A DNA stretch of 64,000 bases from a virus. Both the position numbers and the translations under genes were made by a program. Of this stretch, positions 26,543 to 37,515 are shown in pieces. The DNA lies in IMG/VR virus record IMGVR_UViG_3300008107_000017, positions 1-64,000 of that record. One strand, 5' to 3'. Numbering within the stretch: position 1 is the first letter of the stretch; every line of letters starts with the position of its first letter. The notes below the pieces were generated by a model. The model was not told where the DNA came from. It saw nothing but the letters and a program-made list of their open reading frames with translations, and ran no database searches.

Positions 26543-27724
26543 ATGGAAAAAGACAAAAAGTTCAGAATACACGTTTTAGGTTTACCTCATACTAAAACAA
26601 CTAAAGATTTTACTGCTTGTGCCTATACACAAAAGGCATGGAAGTTTTGTAAAATGATGAAATCACGAGGACATTACTTAATGCATTATGGTCATGAAGA
26701 TTCTAACCCGGATGCAAATGAAAACATCACAGTAATTACAAATGATGTTTGGGAAAAGGTTTATGGAAGTCATGATTATAAGACTCATTTATTTAAGTAT
26801 GATACACAGGATGAAGCATATCAAACATTTTATAAAAATGCTATTCAAGAAATAGAAAAGAGAAAACAACCCGGTGATATTATTTTGCCTTTCTGGGGAT
26901 CTGGTGTTCGTCCTATCTGTGATGCCCACCCTGATTTATGTATTATTGAACCAGGCATTGGATATGCAGGTGGTATGTGGTCAGTATTTAAGATCTTTGA
27001 ATCATATGCAATTTACCATGCGTACTGCGGTTTAGGTAATGTAAGTATGTGTCGTCAGAGCTGGTATGACCAGGTTATTCCTAATTATTTTGATCTTGAC
27101 GAATTTGAATATTCAACAAAGAAAGAAGACTACTTCCTTTATGTAGGCCGTGTATATGATGGTAAAGGTGTTAATATTGCAATCCAGGCAACCGAGGCAA
27201 TTGGAGCAAAGCTTAAAATAGCCGGACAAATTGGTGATGAATTTTATACAAAGAATCCGTGGCCTAAACACGTTGAATTCATTGGATATGTTGATGCAGA
27301 ACAGAGAAAGAATTTAATGAAAGGCGCAATTGCATCATTCTTACCTTCAATGTATGTTGAACCTTTTGGTGGAGTTCAAATTGAAAACCTATTATGTGGT
27401 ACTCCAACAATTACGACTGATTGGGGTGCATTTGCTGAAAATAATATTCATGGTGTAACTGGATATCGCTGCCGTTCTTTTGAAGATTTTGTTAAAGCCG
27501 CTCGCGATTGCCAAGCTGGTAAAATTAAATCTATCGATTGCCGTAAGCATGGCGAAAACTTCTCTCTTGAGGCAATTGCTCCAAAATATGAAAAATATTT
27601 TAGAGAAGCCTTATATGTAACACTAGATAAAGGTTGGTACACAATAGAAGATCCAGAATTATATACTAAAAAATGGGTTGAAAAAATGTATTCTACTAAT
27701 AGAGGGAAAAAAAAACCAGAATAG
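26543..27724 (+). CDS. GT4-family glycosyltransferase
   Basis: LYVGR...KG, EPFGGVQIE...GTP.ITTDWGAF.E. Confidence 0.85.
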   Translation: MEKDKKFRIHVLGLPHTKTTKDFTACAYTQKAWKFCKMMKSRGHYLMHYGHEDSNPDANENITVITNDVWEKVYGSHDYKTHLFKYDTQDEAYQTFYKNAIQEIEKRKQPGDIILPFWGSGVRPICDAHPDLCIIEPGIGYAGGMWSVFKIFESYAIYHAYCGLGNVSMCRQSWYDQVIPNYFDLDEFEYSTKKEDYFLYVGRVYDGKGVNIAIQATEAIGAKLKIAGQIGDEFYTKNPWPKHVEFIGYVDAEQRKNLMKGAIASFLPSMYVEPFGGVQIENLLCGTPTITTDWGAFAENNIHGVTGYRCRSFEDFVKAARDCQAGKIKSIDCRKHGENFSLEAIAPKYEKYFREALYVTLDKGWYTIEDPELYTKKWVEKMYSTNRGKKKPE

Positions 27725-28608
27725 CAACATATAATGAGCCCGGTTGGGCTATAGGACGAATTCATACTGGTCTAGGTAATGCTTTATCTGACGAGTATGA
27801 ATTTGTTCATTTTAACTGGTCTAATTCAGACCATGTTAATTATCTTTGGAGAGATGGTGGGTGGAAAGAATTTGATATTATATTAGGTAATGGCACACTA
27901 TCTGCTATAGAAGGACTTCCTAAAGAAGCATATCAAAAAATGGTATGTGCAATATGGTCTATCCCAAATCTTAGTTCTCATTTTAGAGAAAATATTATAC
28001 CTAGAGAAGGTATTACCTGGTGTTCTGCTGGCGAAGACTTGCAAAAAGTACTTAAAGAACAGTATAATCTGGACTCCTCTCTTATAATAGCTGGCGTTGA
28101 TTCCAAAGAATTTATTCCTAATCGCAAAGTAACAAAGATTAATAAAGTAGGTCTTAATGGAGCCCCTTTCATAAATCCTGGTTGGGATCAGATAAAAAGA
28201 CCTCATATGTTAGTTAACATTGCAAAAGGTATTGGTGGTGATGCGGTATTTATTCATGGTAAAGACTTAGGCGAATCTCGGACTATGTATAATGATATTG
28301 ATATGTATATTTGTACAAGTACTAATGATAGAGGACCTTATGGAATAGCTGAAGCCGCATTTTGTAAAATTCCTGTATTATCAACTAAAACAGGATTTGC
28401 AAATAAATTTAAGAGTATTAAAACATTTGAAACCGTTGAAGAAGCGGTAAGTATCATAAAAGATTTTAATCTTAATCCAGATAAACTTAAAAAATATACA
28501 GAAGAAGTATATGATGAAATAACTAAGGAACTTAATTGGGATAATGTTGTTAATCAATATTGGAAGACTATCTTTAAGGATAAATTTTTATTAAACAATA
28601 GTAAGTAA
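27703..28608 (+). CDS. Second GT-B glycosyltransferase domain with no ATG at its apparent N-terminus; reachable from the upstream ORF by a -1 shift at A9
   Basis: The frame is open from 27703 (..KKTRIATYNEPGWAIGRIH..), 79 codons before the first ATG at 27940; C-terminal Y.CTS..DRGPYGIAEAA.C.IPVLST..G. Confidence 0.7.
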   Translation, partial: REKKTRIATYNEPGWAIGRIHTGLGNALSDEYEFVHFNWSNSDHVNYLWRDGGWKEFDIILGNGTLSAIEGLPKEAYQKMVCAIWSIPNLSSHFRENIIPREGITWCSAGEDLQKVLKEQYNLDSSLIIAGVDSKEFIPNRKVTKINKVGLNGAPFINPGWDQIKRPHMLVNIAKGIGGDAVFIHGKDLGESRTMYNDIDMYICTSTNDRGPYGIAEAAFCKIPVLSTKTGFANKFKSIKTFETVEEAVSIIKDFNLNPDKLKKYTEEVYDEITKELNWDNVVNQYWKTIFKDKFLLNNSK

Positions 28609-28631
28609 TTTGCATATAAAAATAAAAGAAT

Positions 28632-29831
28632 ATGAGTAAAGAATTTTCATTCGACGATTTAAACAAGGAAATGTCAAAACACTCTCAGTATGGAGACACT
28701 CTTGATAAATCAACAGTATCAGAAATTGATCACTTCATCCCAACTGGCAATTTTAATCTTAATGCATGTTTAACCGGCTCCTTTAGTGGCGGATATCCTA
28801 ATAACAGAGCAGTTGCATTAGCCGGACCATCAGGAACTGGAAAAACATTCCTTCTTCTTAATGCAATTAAACAGGCTCAACTTATGGGTTATAGTATTGT
28901 ATTTTACGATTCTGAAAATGCAGTAGATCGTGACCTAGTTGAAAAGTTTGGAATTGATCCTTCAAAATTCCGCTATGAACCGTGTAATACTGTTCAAGAA
29001 TTTAGAAGTTCGGTAACTGCATTAACTGACCTATTAATTGAACAAAAAAGTAAAGGAGTAGAATTACCAAAGATTCTTATTGCATTGGATTCTGCCGGTA
29101 ACCTTGCTACACAAAAAGAAATTGATGATGCCAAGAGTGGATCTGATAAAGCAGATATGACCCGTGCTAAATTATTGAAATCTGCATTTCGTATTCTTAT
29201 GACTAAATTAGGTATCTGTAAGATTCCTTTCTTATTCACTAACCACACATACCAAACACAAGACCTATTTTCACAAACGGTTTCAGGTGGTGGTACCGGT
29301 CCGGAATATGCTGCATCAATCATTCTTTTCTTAGGTAAGGCAAAACTTAAAGAAGGTACAGAACAAACTGGTATTGTTGTAACTGCTAAACCTAATAAGA
29401 ACCGTTTTGCAAAACCTTCTCCAATTAAATTCCACATTTCATTTAGTAAAGGAATGAATCCTTATATTGGATTAGAGGAATATATTAGTTGGGATAATTG
29501 CGGTATTGAAAAAGGAAGATTCATTACAGAAGGTCAATATGAAAAACTAACTGAAGCAGGTAAAACTGAATGTCGTCAACATATTTATAACAGAGACGGT
29601 AAAGAAGTAACCGTTTATTTTCAACCTTCAGCAACCGCTCGTAAATTAGCAGTTGCCCATCTTAATGACCTAGTTGAACTAAATGAATTATTTACGCCTA
29701 GAGTAATCACACAAGATGTTCTTGATCGTTTAGAACCTATTGTTAATGCTAAGTTCTGTTATGGAACTGATGATGTAGATCTTGGTAACCTAACTGAAAT
29801 TCTTTCTGAACATGCTGAAGAAAACGCTTAA
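28632..29831 (+). CDS. uvsX: UvsX/RecA-like recombinase
   Basis: Walker A AGPSGTGKT, YDSE, LDSAGNL, DMTRAK, TNHTY, SGG.G..YAAS, KNRF. Confidence 0.9.
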   Translation: MSKEFSFDDLNKEMSKHSQYGDTLDKSTVSEIDHFIPTGNFNLNACLTGSFSGGYPNNRAVALAGPSGTGKTFLLLNAIKQAQLMGYSIVFYDSENAVDRDLVEKFGIDPSKFRYEPCNTVQEFRSSVTALTDLLIEQKSKGVELPKILIALDSAGNLATQKEIDDAKSGSDKADMTRAKLLKSAFRILMTKLGICKIPFLFTNHTYQTQDLFSQTVSGGGTGPEYAASIILFLGKAKLKEGTEQTGIVVTAKPNKNRFAKPSPIKFHISFSKGMNPYIGLEEYISWDNCGIEKGRFITEGQYEKLTEAGKTECRQHIYNRDGKEVTVYFQPSATARKLAVAHLNDLVELNELFTPRVITQDVLDRLEPIVNAKFCYGTDDVDLGNLTEILSEHAEENA

Positions 29832-30111
29832 TACTGCTAAACTTAAGGTTAAGTATGTATTAGGCAATCACACGGCATTATCAGGATATCCCGATCCTGA
29901 AGATGTAATCTTTGAATTAATTAGAGATTATTGTGGTAAAGTTGCAAAGGAGATTAAATTCACTAATGTTTCTTTACAAAAGAAATACAGTTTAACCGAA
30001 GAACAGACCTCCACTATAATAGAGAGATTAGTTGCAGATAAAATTTTAGGAGAAGTTAATTCCACCTCGGCATATGTAACATACGAGGTACTTAAAAATC
30101 CTTATGAATAA
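29812..30111 (+). CDS. Hypothetical protein (possible winged helix)
   Basis: ORF between uvsX and the helicase gene with a helix-helix-helix-beta-hairpin-like pattern. Confidence 0.55.
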   Translation: MLKKTLNTAKLKVKYVLGNHTALSGYPDPEDVIFELIRDYCGKVAKEIKFTNVSLQKKYSLTEEQTSTIIERLVADKILGEVNSTSAYVTYEVLKNPYE

Positions 30112-30144
30112 AACTAAGTCAACTATTTTCATAAAAAAATAAAC

Positions 30145-31431
30145 ATGTATTCAGGCGTAGATCACGAAAAAATATTCTTTAACTATTTTATAAATAAGCC
30201 TCATTACCTTAAGTCGGTAAAACCAGGTTTCTTTTCTAATAGTGATGTAGATCATCTTGCAAAATTAGCAAAAGATTTTCATACCAAATTTGGAGAAAGT
30301 CCATCAAAGGATCAAATGAAAGCTTTAGTTAAAGATGATCCTAATGAAATTTCCGATGAAATCGTTTCTGCGGTTTATTCAATAAACATTAATGAGTATG
30401 ATCAGGATTGGATAAAAAGAACCAGTGAATCATGGATTAAATGGAAACATTTTGATAAGCAATTGGTTAAAACAATTGAATATGTAAAAACACAAGATGT
30501 ATCACCTGATAATGTTGAAGATATTGTAACCAGAGCAATTGGTATGATATCAGGAGAAGGTTCATTAAGTTTTGATTCTGATATAGGTTTAGACTTCTTT
30601 AATCCTGAACATCACATACAGCGAAAGAATAAGAAACTAGAAACAGGTTGGACTTTTATTGATAATGTATCAGGTGGTGGTTATGATCCTAAATCATTAG
30701 TAATATATGCAGGTGAACAAAACGTAGGTAAGTCTATTTGGTTGGCAAATGATGCTGCTAACTTTGTAAGGATGGGTCATAATGTAGTATTCATTACTGC
30801 TGAAATGTCTGCACAAAAAGTTCTTAAAAGAATTGGTGCTAACCTTTTAGATATTCCTATGATGGAGTATGATCAAAAATCAGTTAATCGTGATTTTATG
30901 AAACGCCGATTAGAAAAGATATCTCGCGGTTTATTACCACCAGGAAAACTTTTTATTAAGGAATTTCCAACATCACAAGGTTCTGTTCTTGATATAGAAG
31001 CCTATCTTAAAGAATTACAAGAATCACAAGATCATAAAGTTAATGTTTTGGTAGTTGACTACATTAACATTTTATCTAACTATCGCAATCCTAATACTGA
31101 AAATACCTATATGAAGATTAAGCAAATCGCTGAAGATCTTAGGGCATTGGCAGTAAAGAGAGATATGTTAGTAATCTCTGCAACACAGCTTAATCGTGGT
31201 GCCTGGGATTCAACTGAAATTAAAATGGAAAACATTGCTGAATCTGCAGGTCTTGCCCATACCGCCGATGTAATGTATGCTCTTATTCAAGATAGTATGA
31301 TGCATGCAAATCGTGAGTATTGGTTAAAGGTTCTAAAAATTCGTGATGGTCAAGGAAAAGGCAGCCGATGCAGATTTAATATAAACTATGATAACATGCG
31401 CCTTACCGAAACTGATGATATAACACATTAA
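30145..31431 (+). CDS. Replicative DnaB-like helicase (gp41)
   Basis: GEQNVGKS, ITAEM, VVDYIN, ATQLNR, AESAGL..TAD, KIRDG. Confidence 0.92.
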   Translation: MYSGVDHEKIFFNYFINKPHYLKSVKPGFFSNSDVDHLAKLAKDFHTKFGESPSKDQMKALVKDDPNEISDEIVSAVYSININEYDQDWIKRTSESWIKWKHFDKQLVKTIEYVKTQDVSPDNVEDIVTRAIGMISGEGSLSFDSDIGLDFFNPEHHIQRKNKKLETGWTFIDNVSGGGYDPKSLVIYAGEQNVGKSIWLANDAANFVRMGHNVVFITAEMSAQKVLKRIGANLLDIPMMEYDQKSVNRDFMKRRLEKISRGLLPPGKLFIKEFPTSQGSVLDIEAYLKELQESQDHKVNVLVVDYINILSNYRNPNTENTYMKIKQIAEDLRALAVKRDMLVISATQLNRGAWDSTEIKMENIAESAGLAHTADVMYALIQDSMMHANREYWLKVLKIRDGQGKGSRCRFNINYDNMRLTETDDITH

Positions 31432-31436
31432 CATTT

Positions 31437-31871
31437 ATGCAACACGACAAGATTTTCAATAATTCATACGGCGAACAGGATCCGTCTGAAAATAAGATAA
31501 CATTTAATGTTTCTAATACCTATGGTGATAACATGGACCCTGATGATAAGATGCATTATAATATGCTATTTTCAAAAGTGGATTCCTTAATTCGTGGTAG
31601 TGAATTCGAACATCTTAATATGGTAACTAAAGATGGCGTAATTAAGAAACTTAATAAGGTTCAGATTAATAAGATCTATTTTCATATCATTGAACATTTA
31701 GGTACTTCATATACCAGAGTTGATCTATTTAGTGTTATATCAGATTACTTTGATGTTTTTCCTAATAAGTTCTATAACTCATTATCAAATAAATTCAAGG
31801 ATGAATTAATTAAGGAACTTGATGATAAGTATAATATTTTAGAAAAACGAAAGATAAGAAAATTATTTTAA
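31437..31871 (+). CDS. Hypothetical protein (C-terminal half weakly reminiscent of the gp33 late coactivator)
   Basis: Clear ORF; helical C-terminus ending RKLF. The functional call is speculative. Confidence 0.5.
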   Translation: MQHDKIFNNSYGEQDPSENKITFNVSNTYGDNMDPDDKMHYNMLFSKVDSLIRGSEFEHLNMVTKDGVIKKLNKVQINKIYFHIIEHLGTSYTRVDLFSVISDYFDVFPNKFYNSLSNKFKDELIKELDDKYNILEKRKIRKLF

Positions 31872-31872
31872 T

Positions 31873-32961
31873 ATGAGTAGAGTTTGGATGATAAGTGATA
31901 CACACCTTGGCTGCAGATCTAATTCTGTTCTGTGGCTTGGTATCATTGAAGATTATTTCTTTAACTTTTTTATTCCTCTTGTAAAGAAAGAGTATAAACA
32001 GGGCGATGTTCTTTTTCACTTAGGTGATGTATTTGATAACCGCCAAAGTTTAAACCTAGCTGCTCAAGATTTAGGCATACGAGTTTTTGAAGAACTCTCA
32101 AAAATATTCCCAGAAATACATATCATAGTTGGTAATCATGATATCATGAGAAAGAATTCAAATGATATATCTTCTGTTGATTGCCTTAAGTATATTCCTA
32201 ATGTTACTGTACATAAAGAACCTAAGATTTTGGAATATGACGGTGCTACTTGTCTTCTAATGCCTTGGCGTAGAAATGCTGAACATGAAAAAGAAACTCT
32301 ATCTTCAATTAAGAAGAAGATTGATTATATGTTTTGTCATACGGAAACCCAAGGGGTACAAACTAGCCCTAGCACAAAACATCTCCACGAAGGTGGAAAT
32401 GATCTAAGTACATTTAAAAGATTTAAGAGGGTTTATTCTGGTCATATTCATTATCGTCAAGAAAAAGAAAACTTTATTTTGGTAGGTAATCCATATCAAA
32501 TGACAAGATCCGACCGTGGAAATATTAAAGGAATATATCTACTAGATCTTAAGACTGGTAATCATGAATTTATCCAGAATGAGAGATCACCTATCTTTAT
32601 TCGGTATTATATAAATGATATTCTAGAGAGGCGTATGGAGGATATACTTAATGAAATTAAAGATAATTTTGTTGATATTAATATTCCATCCAACGTTCTA
32701 GGTAAGTATAATATTAATAAGTTTATGGATTTTATGGATGGATATGCCAAGAATCTAGAACCTAAGATATACGATGAAGAAAATCCAATCGAATTAGATG
32801 ACGATGTACAGTCTTCTGACTTTAATGGAGAATTTAATTTAATGACAATTGCTGCTGACTTTATAAATGGTTTAGGTTATGATGATGACCTAAAAGAAAG
32901 ACTTATTAAGTCAGTATCTGAATTGTATAAACAAACATTAGCACCTTCTTATGAGGATTAA
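31873..32961 (+). CDS. Recombination nuclease gp47 (Mre11/SbcD-like)
   Basis: SDTHLG, GDVFDNR, GNHD, SGHIH metallophosphoesterase motifs. Confidence 0.92.
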   Translation: MSRVWMISDTHLGCRSNSVLWLGIIEDYFFNFFIPLVKKEYKQGDVLFHLGDVFDNRQSLNLAAQDLGIRVFEELSKIFPEIHIIVGNHDIMRKNSNDISSVDCLKYIPNVTVHKEPKILEYDGATCLLMPWRRNAEHEKETLSSIKKKIDYMFCHTETQGVQTSPSTKHLHEGGNDLSTFKRFKRVYSGHIHYRQEKENFILVGNPYQMTRSDRGNIKGIYLLDLKTGNHEFIQNERSPIFIRYYINDILERRMEDILNEIKDNFVDINIPSNVLGKYNINKFMDFMDGYAKNLEPKIYDEENPIELDDDVQSSDFNGEFNLMTIAADFINGLGYDDDLKERLIKSVSELYKQTLAPSYED

Positions 32962-34618
32962 TAAAGTAGAGTTTAAGAATTTTGCAAGTTACGGTAATAG
33001 AAAGCAGGTAATTGAATTTGATAAAGAACAAAGCGATCTTTATCTAGTATTAGGCGGTAACGGTGCTGGAAAGAGTACCTTAGCCAAAGTAATTACCTAT
33101 CTATGTTATGGTAGAGTTGAAGGGGCAAATCTTAAAGACCTTCCTAATCGTGTTAACGGAAATCTTTGGGGAAAAATCTGGATTGAAAGTAAAGGAAATC
33201 AAATTGAGATTGAAAGAGGAGTATCTCCAGGAATATTTAATGTTTCAATAAATGGAACCGAATATGATGTTGCAGGTAAGTCCAATTTACAAGAGTTTTT
33301 AGAATCCGAGATTTATGAAATTCCTTATCATGTATTTAAGAATGTTATCATCTTATCTGTAAATGATTTTAAGTCTTTTATTACAATGTCTCCATTTGAT
33401 AAGAAACAGATCATTGATAGGATATTTGGTTTCTCTGTAATCAATCAGATGAGAGAATTGGTAAAGAATAAGAGAAAGTTAATCATAGATGAAATTAGAA
33501 CCTTTGATGATGAAATCAGAACACTTGAAGAATCTATCCAATCTGTCTTACTTAAAATAGAACAATACGAAGAAGCATCAAAAGAAAAAGATGCCAATAA
33601 AGTAGCTGAACTTAAAAAGAAATTAGTTTCTCTTAATGAAATGAGAAAGAAACTAAAGGATGCCAATGATAAGACCAAGGTAAGAATTGATGAAAACGAT
33701 AAAAAATATAAAACTAAATCTTCAAAAGAAACTGAATTAAAATCTGAGATTAATGCGGTTAAAAAAGGATTAGAGCTTTATGAAAATAATACATGCCCAA
33801 CATGTAACTCTCCTCTTGATTCAGAATTTCATCAACATATTAAAAAGGAAAAGCAGGATCTTTTAGAAACATTAAATGCTAAGTATCAAAAGATACAAGA
33901 TGAGGTTGCAAAAATTGATGATTCTTTAACCACACTCAGGGAACAGGGTAGACAAATCCATGTAAAGGTTGGTCAATTGGAATCCCAAATGAATACCTTA
34001 AAGAATGAGATTATTGAATTAGCCGAAAAGGATGATTCATCTTCTGGGCATCTTAAAGAACTTATAAAAGAATTTAAGGAAAAGAAAGAAGAAAAGGGTC
34101 AGGTAAAACTTAAGAGCGAAGGCGAAGACTATTACTTAAGTATTCTTGAAACTCTTATGGGTGATGATGGAATTAAAAACTTGGCAGTTAGGTCCATTCT
34201 ACCATCCTTTAACAATAATATCCTTGTTATGGCAAAGGAAATGGGTATACCGTTTGGGATCCGTTTTGACGATAAATTTAATTGTACTATCCATCATTTA
34301 GGTCAGGAGATTAGTCCTAAAACCTTAAGTACTGGAGAAAAGAAAAAAGTTGATTTTGTAATTATCATGGCTTTAATTAAAATGATTAAGGTTAGATTCT
34401 CTAGTCTTAACATCTTATTCCTGGATGAAATCTTTTCTTCAATTGATGCTGATGGTGTTTATCATATCGTAAATATTCTTCATGAAACGATACAAGAGAT
34501 TGGGTTAAACACATTTGTTATTAATCATACCGTCCTGCCAAGTGAATATTTTGATAAGAAGTTGGAAATTACAAAGGATGGCGGCTTTTCTGAGTTTACA
34601 ATTGAAAGCATTAAATAA
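32951..34618 (+). CDS. Recombination ATPase gp46 (Rad50/SbcC-like)
   Basis: KNFASYGN, GGNGAGKST, zinc hook CPTC, LSTGEK, LFLDE. Confidence 0.93.
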   Translation: MRINKVEFKNFASYGNRKQVIEFDKEQSDLYLVLGGNGAGKSTLAKVITYLCYGRVEGANLKDLPNRVNGNLWGKIWIESKGNQIEIERGVSPGIFNVSINGTEYDVAGKSNLQEFLESEIYEIPYHVFKNVIILSVNDFKSFITMSPFDKKQIIDRIFGFSVINQMRELVKNKRKLIIDEIRTFDDEIRTLEESIQSVLLKIEQYEEASKEKDANKVAELKKKLVSLNEMRKKLKDANDKTKVRIDENDKKYKTKSSKETELKSEINAVKKGLELYENNTCPTCNSPLDSEFHQHIKKEKQDLLETLNAKYQKIQDEVAKIDDSLTTLREQGRQIHVKVGQLESQMNTLKNEIIELAEKDDSSSGHLKELIKEFKEKKEEKGQVKLKSEGEDYYLSILETLMGDDGIKNLAVRSILPSFNNNILVMAKEMGIPFGIRFDDKFNCTIHHLGQEISPKTLSTGEKKKVDFVIIMALIKMIKVRFSSLNILFLDEIFSSIDADGVYHIVNILHETIQEIGLNTFVINHTVLPSEYFDKKLEITKDGGFSEFTIESIK

Positions 34619-34642
34619 ATAATAGTAAATAATCACTACTAA

Positions 34643-35623
34643 ATGTCTGCTTATAACCAGGAATTTAATAAAGACAACACAATATTACGATATGTAACTG
34701 TAGCTACTCTTGCTGAATTAAGAAATAAAGTTTACTATTATAATCAGATTGATGAGGATACTGTACAAAAGGTAAATGTACCTTTCTATTATTCTGTTAC
34801 GGGTGATGATCGGTTTCTGGCAGATAACTTCTTATATGATGCTATTGCAGAAGGTAAAGCTATAGGAGATTATGAAGTTGTACCAAGAGGTGTACTTCAA
34901 TTAAATTCTCTTTCAATTGATTCAGGCGCCCAGACAAATAAATTTATTAGAGGTGAATTTGTCAGAGAGTGGAACGGCGTCTTAAAAAGATTTTCACTAG
35001 AGACAAACTTTTTACCTCTTACTATGACATTTGGAGTAACTGTTGTTTGTTCCAATAATCTTGAAATGTTAAAGGTTACCGAATCAATTTTATCAAAACT
35101 CTATAAGACAACTCTTTATAGTGTTGATTTAGGTATGACAAGAGTTCAGGCTGGTATGTCAGTTCCTGAAGACTATAGCCAAGATCGTCTCTTTGAATTT
35201 GCCCTTAACGATAAGAAAGAATTTAATGTAACCTTTGATTTGGAAGTTAAATCATTTATGCCATGTTTTGAAAATGGTGTTCTCTTATCAGAGGTTGATC
35301 TAATAGCCAGAGATTCAATTCAGAGTAACCCTGATGCCGAAGGTGTTGGTCTATTTAGAACTGGACCAAATGGAGATATTGGAATATCATTTGGTGGTGT
35401 ATTCCAGAAATTTGAATACACAATTGATAACATTGCAAAGATTGCTCCAGAAAATGTATTATCCAATAAGCAGTATGTTAATCCTTCTGATATTAATCGT
35501 GGAGGACCTTATATAGAAACTGAAACGACTTCTGCCAACTTTGACTTTGATGCTAAAAAATATGATGATTTAGAGGCACCAGAGAGTAAAGAATACAGAA
35601 ATGCAGAAGATGACGAAGGATAA
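34643..35623 (+). CDS. Tail completion/sheath stabiliser (gp15-like)
   Basis: VPFYY..T...FL, VPRG and P.TMTF motifs and position at the start of the late region. Confidence 0.55.
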   Translation: MSAYNQEFNKDNTILRYVTVATLAELRNKVYYYNQIDEDTVQKVNVPFYYSVTGDDRFLADNFLYDAIAEGKAIGDYEVVPRGVLQLNSLSIDSGAQTNKFIRGEFVREWNGVLKRFSLETNFLPLTMTFGVTVVCSNNLEMLKVTESILSKLYKTTLYSVDLGMTRVQAGMSVPEDYSQDRLFEFALNDKKEFNVTFDLEVKSFMPCFENGVLLSEVDLIARDSIQSNPDAEGVGLFRTGPNGDIGISFGGVFQKFEYTIDNIAKIAPENVLSNKQYVNPSDINRGGPYIETETTSANFDFDAKKYDDLEAPESKEYRNAEDDEG

Positions 35624-35669
35624 TAACTTTAGGATCTTAGAATATATAAAACAAATAAAATCATCAAAT

Positions 35670-37499
35670 ATGAGTAAAGCAGTTAATGAAGGACAAACTC
35701 AAGTCTATGCGAATGGTACTATTGAGCCTCAATATGGTGTAAACACTGATGCTCCGTATCTAAATAATCCCCCAAAGCAATTGATTGATCTTATTACCGC
35801 ATTTTATAAAAGTGGTAAATCAGATAGTCAAGTTTTAGCTATTCTTGTAGGAATGGGTACTCCACAACAATTAGCATTATCTGGTATTAATGCATATAAA
35901 GCCGCTGCTCAAACATTCACAACCGAAAACAATCAAAAAAATCATAATAATATGAAATTTACACTTGCAGGCTTGTATGAAAACGTTATGAAAGCCATTA
36001 ATGCATTAAATACGATGGGAGAAGATCAATCACGAGTATCTTATTCCGCAAAAAATGCACTTAACATTTTAGAAAATTCTTTAGGTAATTTTCCAATGAG
36101 ATTCTCTAGCGGAGATATTTCAATAATTAGTGAAGATATTGAAAACAACGTAAACCCCGCTCTTAAATTTAAGATTGCAAAAAATCTTCACAGAGATCTT
36201 GCTGCATCTGAATGGTTAAACCCAGTTAGAGAATTAAGAAGCTATATCATGGCTGCATATGATTCTTCTAAATGGTCATTTAGAATTGCTGAAGCAATCG
36301 ATAGATCAAATTCACAAAAAGGTAAACTATACGAAAGTCTAACCAATCAATTTGAAATTCTTTTAAAAGAATCTTCTGAAGACATTAAATCTAAATTTGC
36401 TATTATTGCTGCAAAGAACCCATGGTCTGCTGAATGTAAAAACATTCTAAACGAAATGGCTTCCTCTGAGCAAAAGGCCTATTCAAATCATGGTGGTAAG
36501 GTTTCTAAAATTCTTTCACCCGTGTTGGAGTCTGAAGAAGGATTAACATTCCACTTACATGGTAAGAACTATATCTTTACCGAAGGTAAGATTTCTGAAA
36601 CTGAAGTAACTGATTCTCGTTTCTTTGATGTTTTAGAAGGTATTAAAATGTTTAAACTTGACGGTAATTCATTAGTTACTTTTTCTGAAAATGGAAAAAC
36701 TTTAGAATATAACCTTACTGAAGGTACATTAAGCTTAGGTGGAGTAGATCTTACCAATGCAAGTATCGTAGAATTAAAGGAATCCCTTATTGCAACAAGA
36801 TTCTTTGGTTATAGAGATCAGTGGAAATCTGATACTGTATGTAAATTCTTTGAGAATGTAGATCTTTTACATGAAATGGATAATTTCACTGGAATTACTT
36901 CTACTGAATTCTTAAATCTTTTCTTAACTGTAATTGCTGTTGAGGAAGGTGTATGGGTTAATAAAGTTAACTTTGGAATGCAGGTAAATGAAATGAAATT
37001 CTATTCATCTGCAACTGAAGCTGTTAAGATGATTAAAGAATTCATTAATTATGATGCATCATCTATTCTTTCTGAAAGATTAGTGGCTGAAGGTAATCAA
37101 AAAGCAGTTGCTGATAAAAAGAGAAATGAAATCAATGATAAAATTTCTTTCTTAGAAGAGAAGAAGAATAAGGTATCTGAAGCAATCAAATCATTAGGAG
37201 ATTCTGAAGAATTACAGGAAGCATTAAAATTAATCAATACCGAAATCATTAAGTTTGAAAAAGAACTTCAAGAAACTTATTCTATAGTTGAAAAAAAAAG
37301 TAAAGACCAATATCTAAACGACGGTTATGTTGAAGCAAAAGTTCAAGATAACGTAAATGGATTAAAGAAAGGTCAAACTGTTTTTGTTAATGCAGAAGAA
37401 TATACTTCTTTAGGTGATACTGATTTACTTAATATCATCGTCCCTGAAACCGATAAATCTAAAATCGTAAAGAAGGCAAGCCTTAAGGTTGAAATTTAA
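35670..37499 (+). CDS. Large hypothetical late protein (probably virion-associated)
   Basis: ATG 35670 follows late-type GAATATATA at 35640; C-terminal coiled coil; several L/V-x-E motifs. Confidence 0.65.
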   Translation: MSKAVNEGQTQVYANGTIEPQYGVNTDAPYLNNPPKQLIDLITAFYKSGKSDSQVLAILVGMGTPQQLALSGINAYKAAAQTFTTENNQKNHNNMKFTLAGLYENVMKAINALNTMGEDQSRVSYSAKNALNILENSLGNFPMRFSSGDISIISEDIENNVNPALKFKIAKNLHRDLAASEWLNPVRELRSYIMAAYDSSKWSFRIAEAIDRSNSQKGKLYESLTNQFEILLKESSEDIKSKFAIIAAKNPWSAECKNILNEMASSEQKAYSNHGGKVSKILSPVLESEEGLTFHLHGKNYIFTEGKISETEVTDSRFFDVLEGIKMFKLDGNSLVTFSENGKTLEYNLTEGTLSLGGVDLTNASIVELKESLIATRFFGYRDQWKSDTVCKFFENVDLLHEMDNFTGITSTEFLNLFLTVIAVEEGVWVNKVNFGMQVNEMKFYSSATEAVKMIKEFINYDASSILSERLVAEGNQKAVADKKRNEINDKISFLEEKKNKVSEAIKSLGDSEELQEALKLINTEIIKFEKELQETYSIVEKKSKDQYLNDGYVEAKVQDNVNGLKKGQTVFVNAEEYTSLGDTDLLNIIVPETDKSKIVKKASLKVEI

Positions 37500-37515
37500 T
37501 CGCTAACCTTTATAT

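Noticed and set aside
27722-27724. TAG readthrough to join the two glycosyltransferase ORFs
   Set aside because: The downstream domain is in a different frame, so readthrough would not fuse them.
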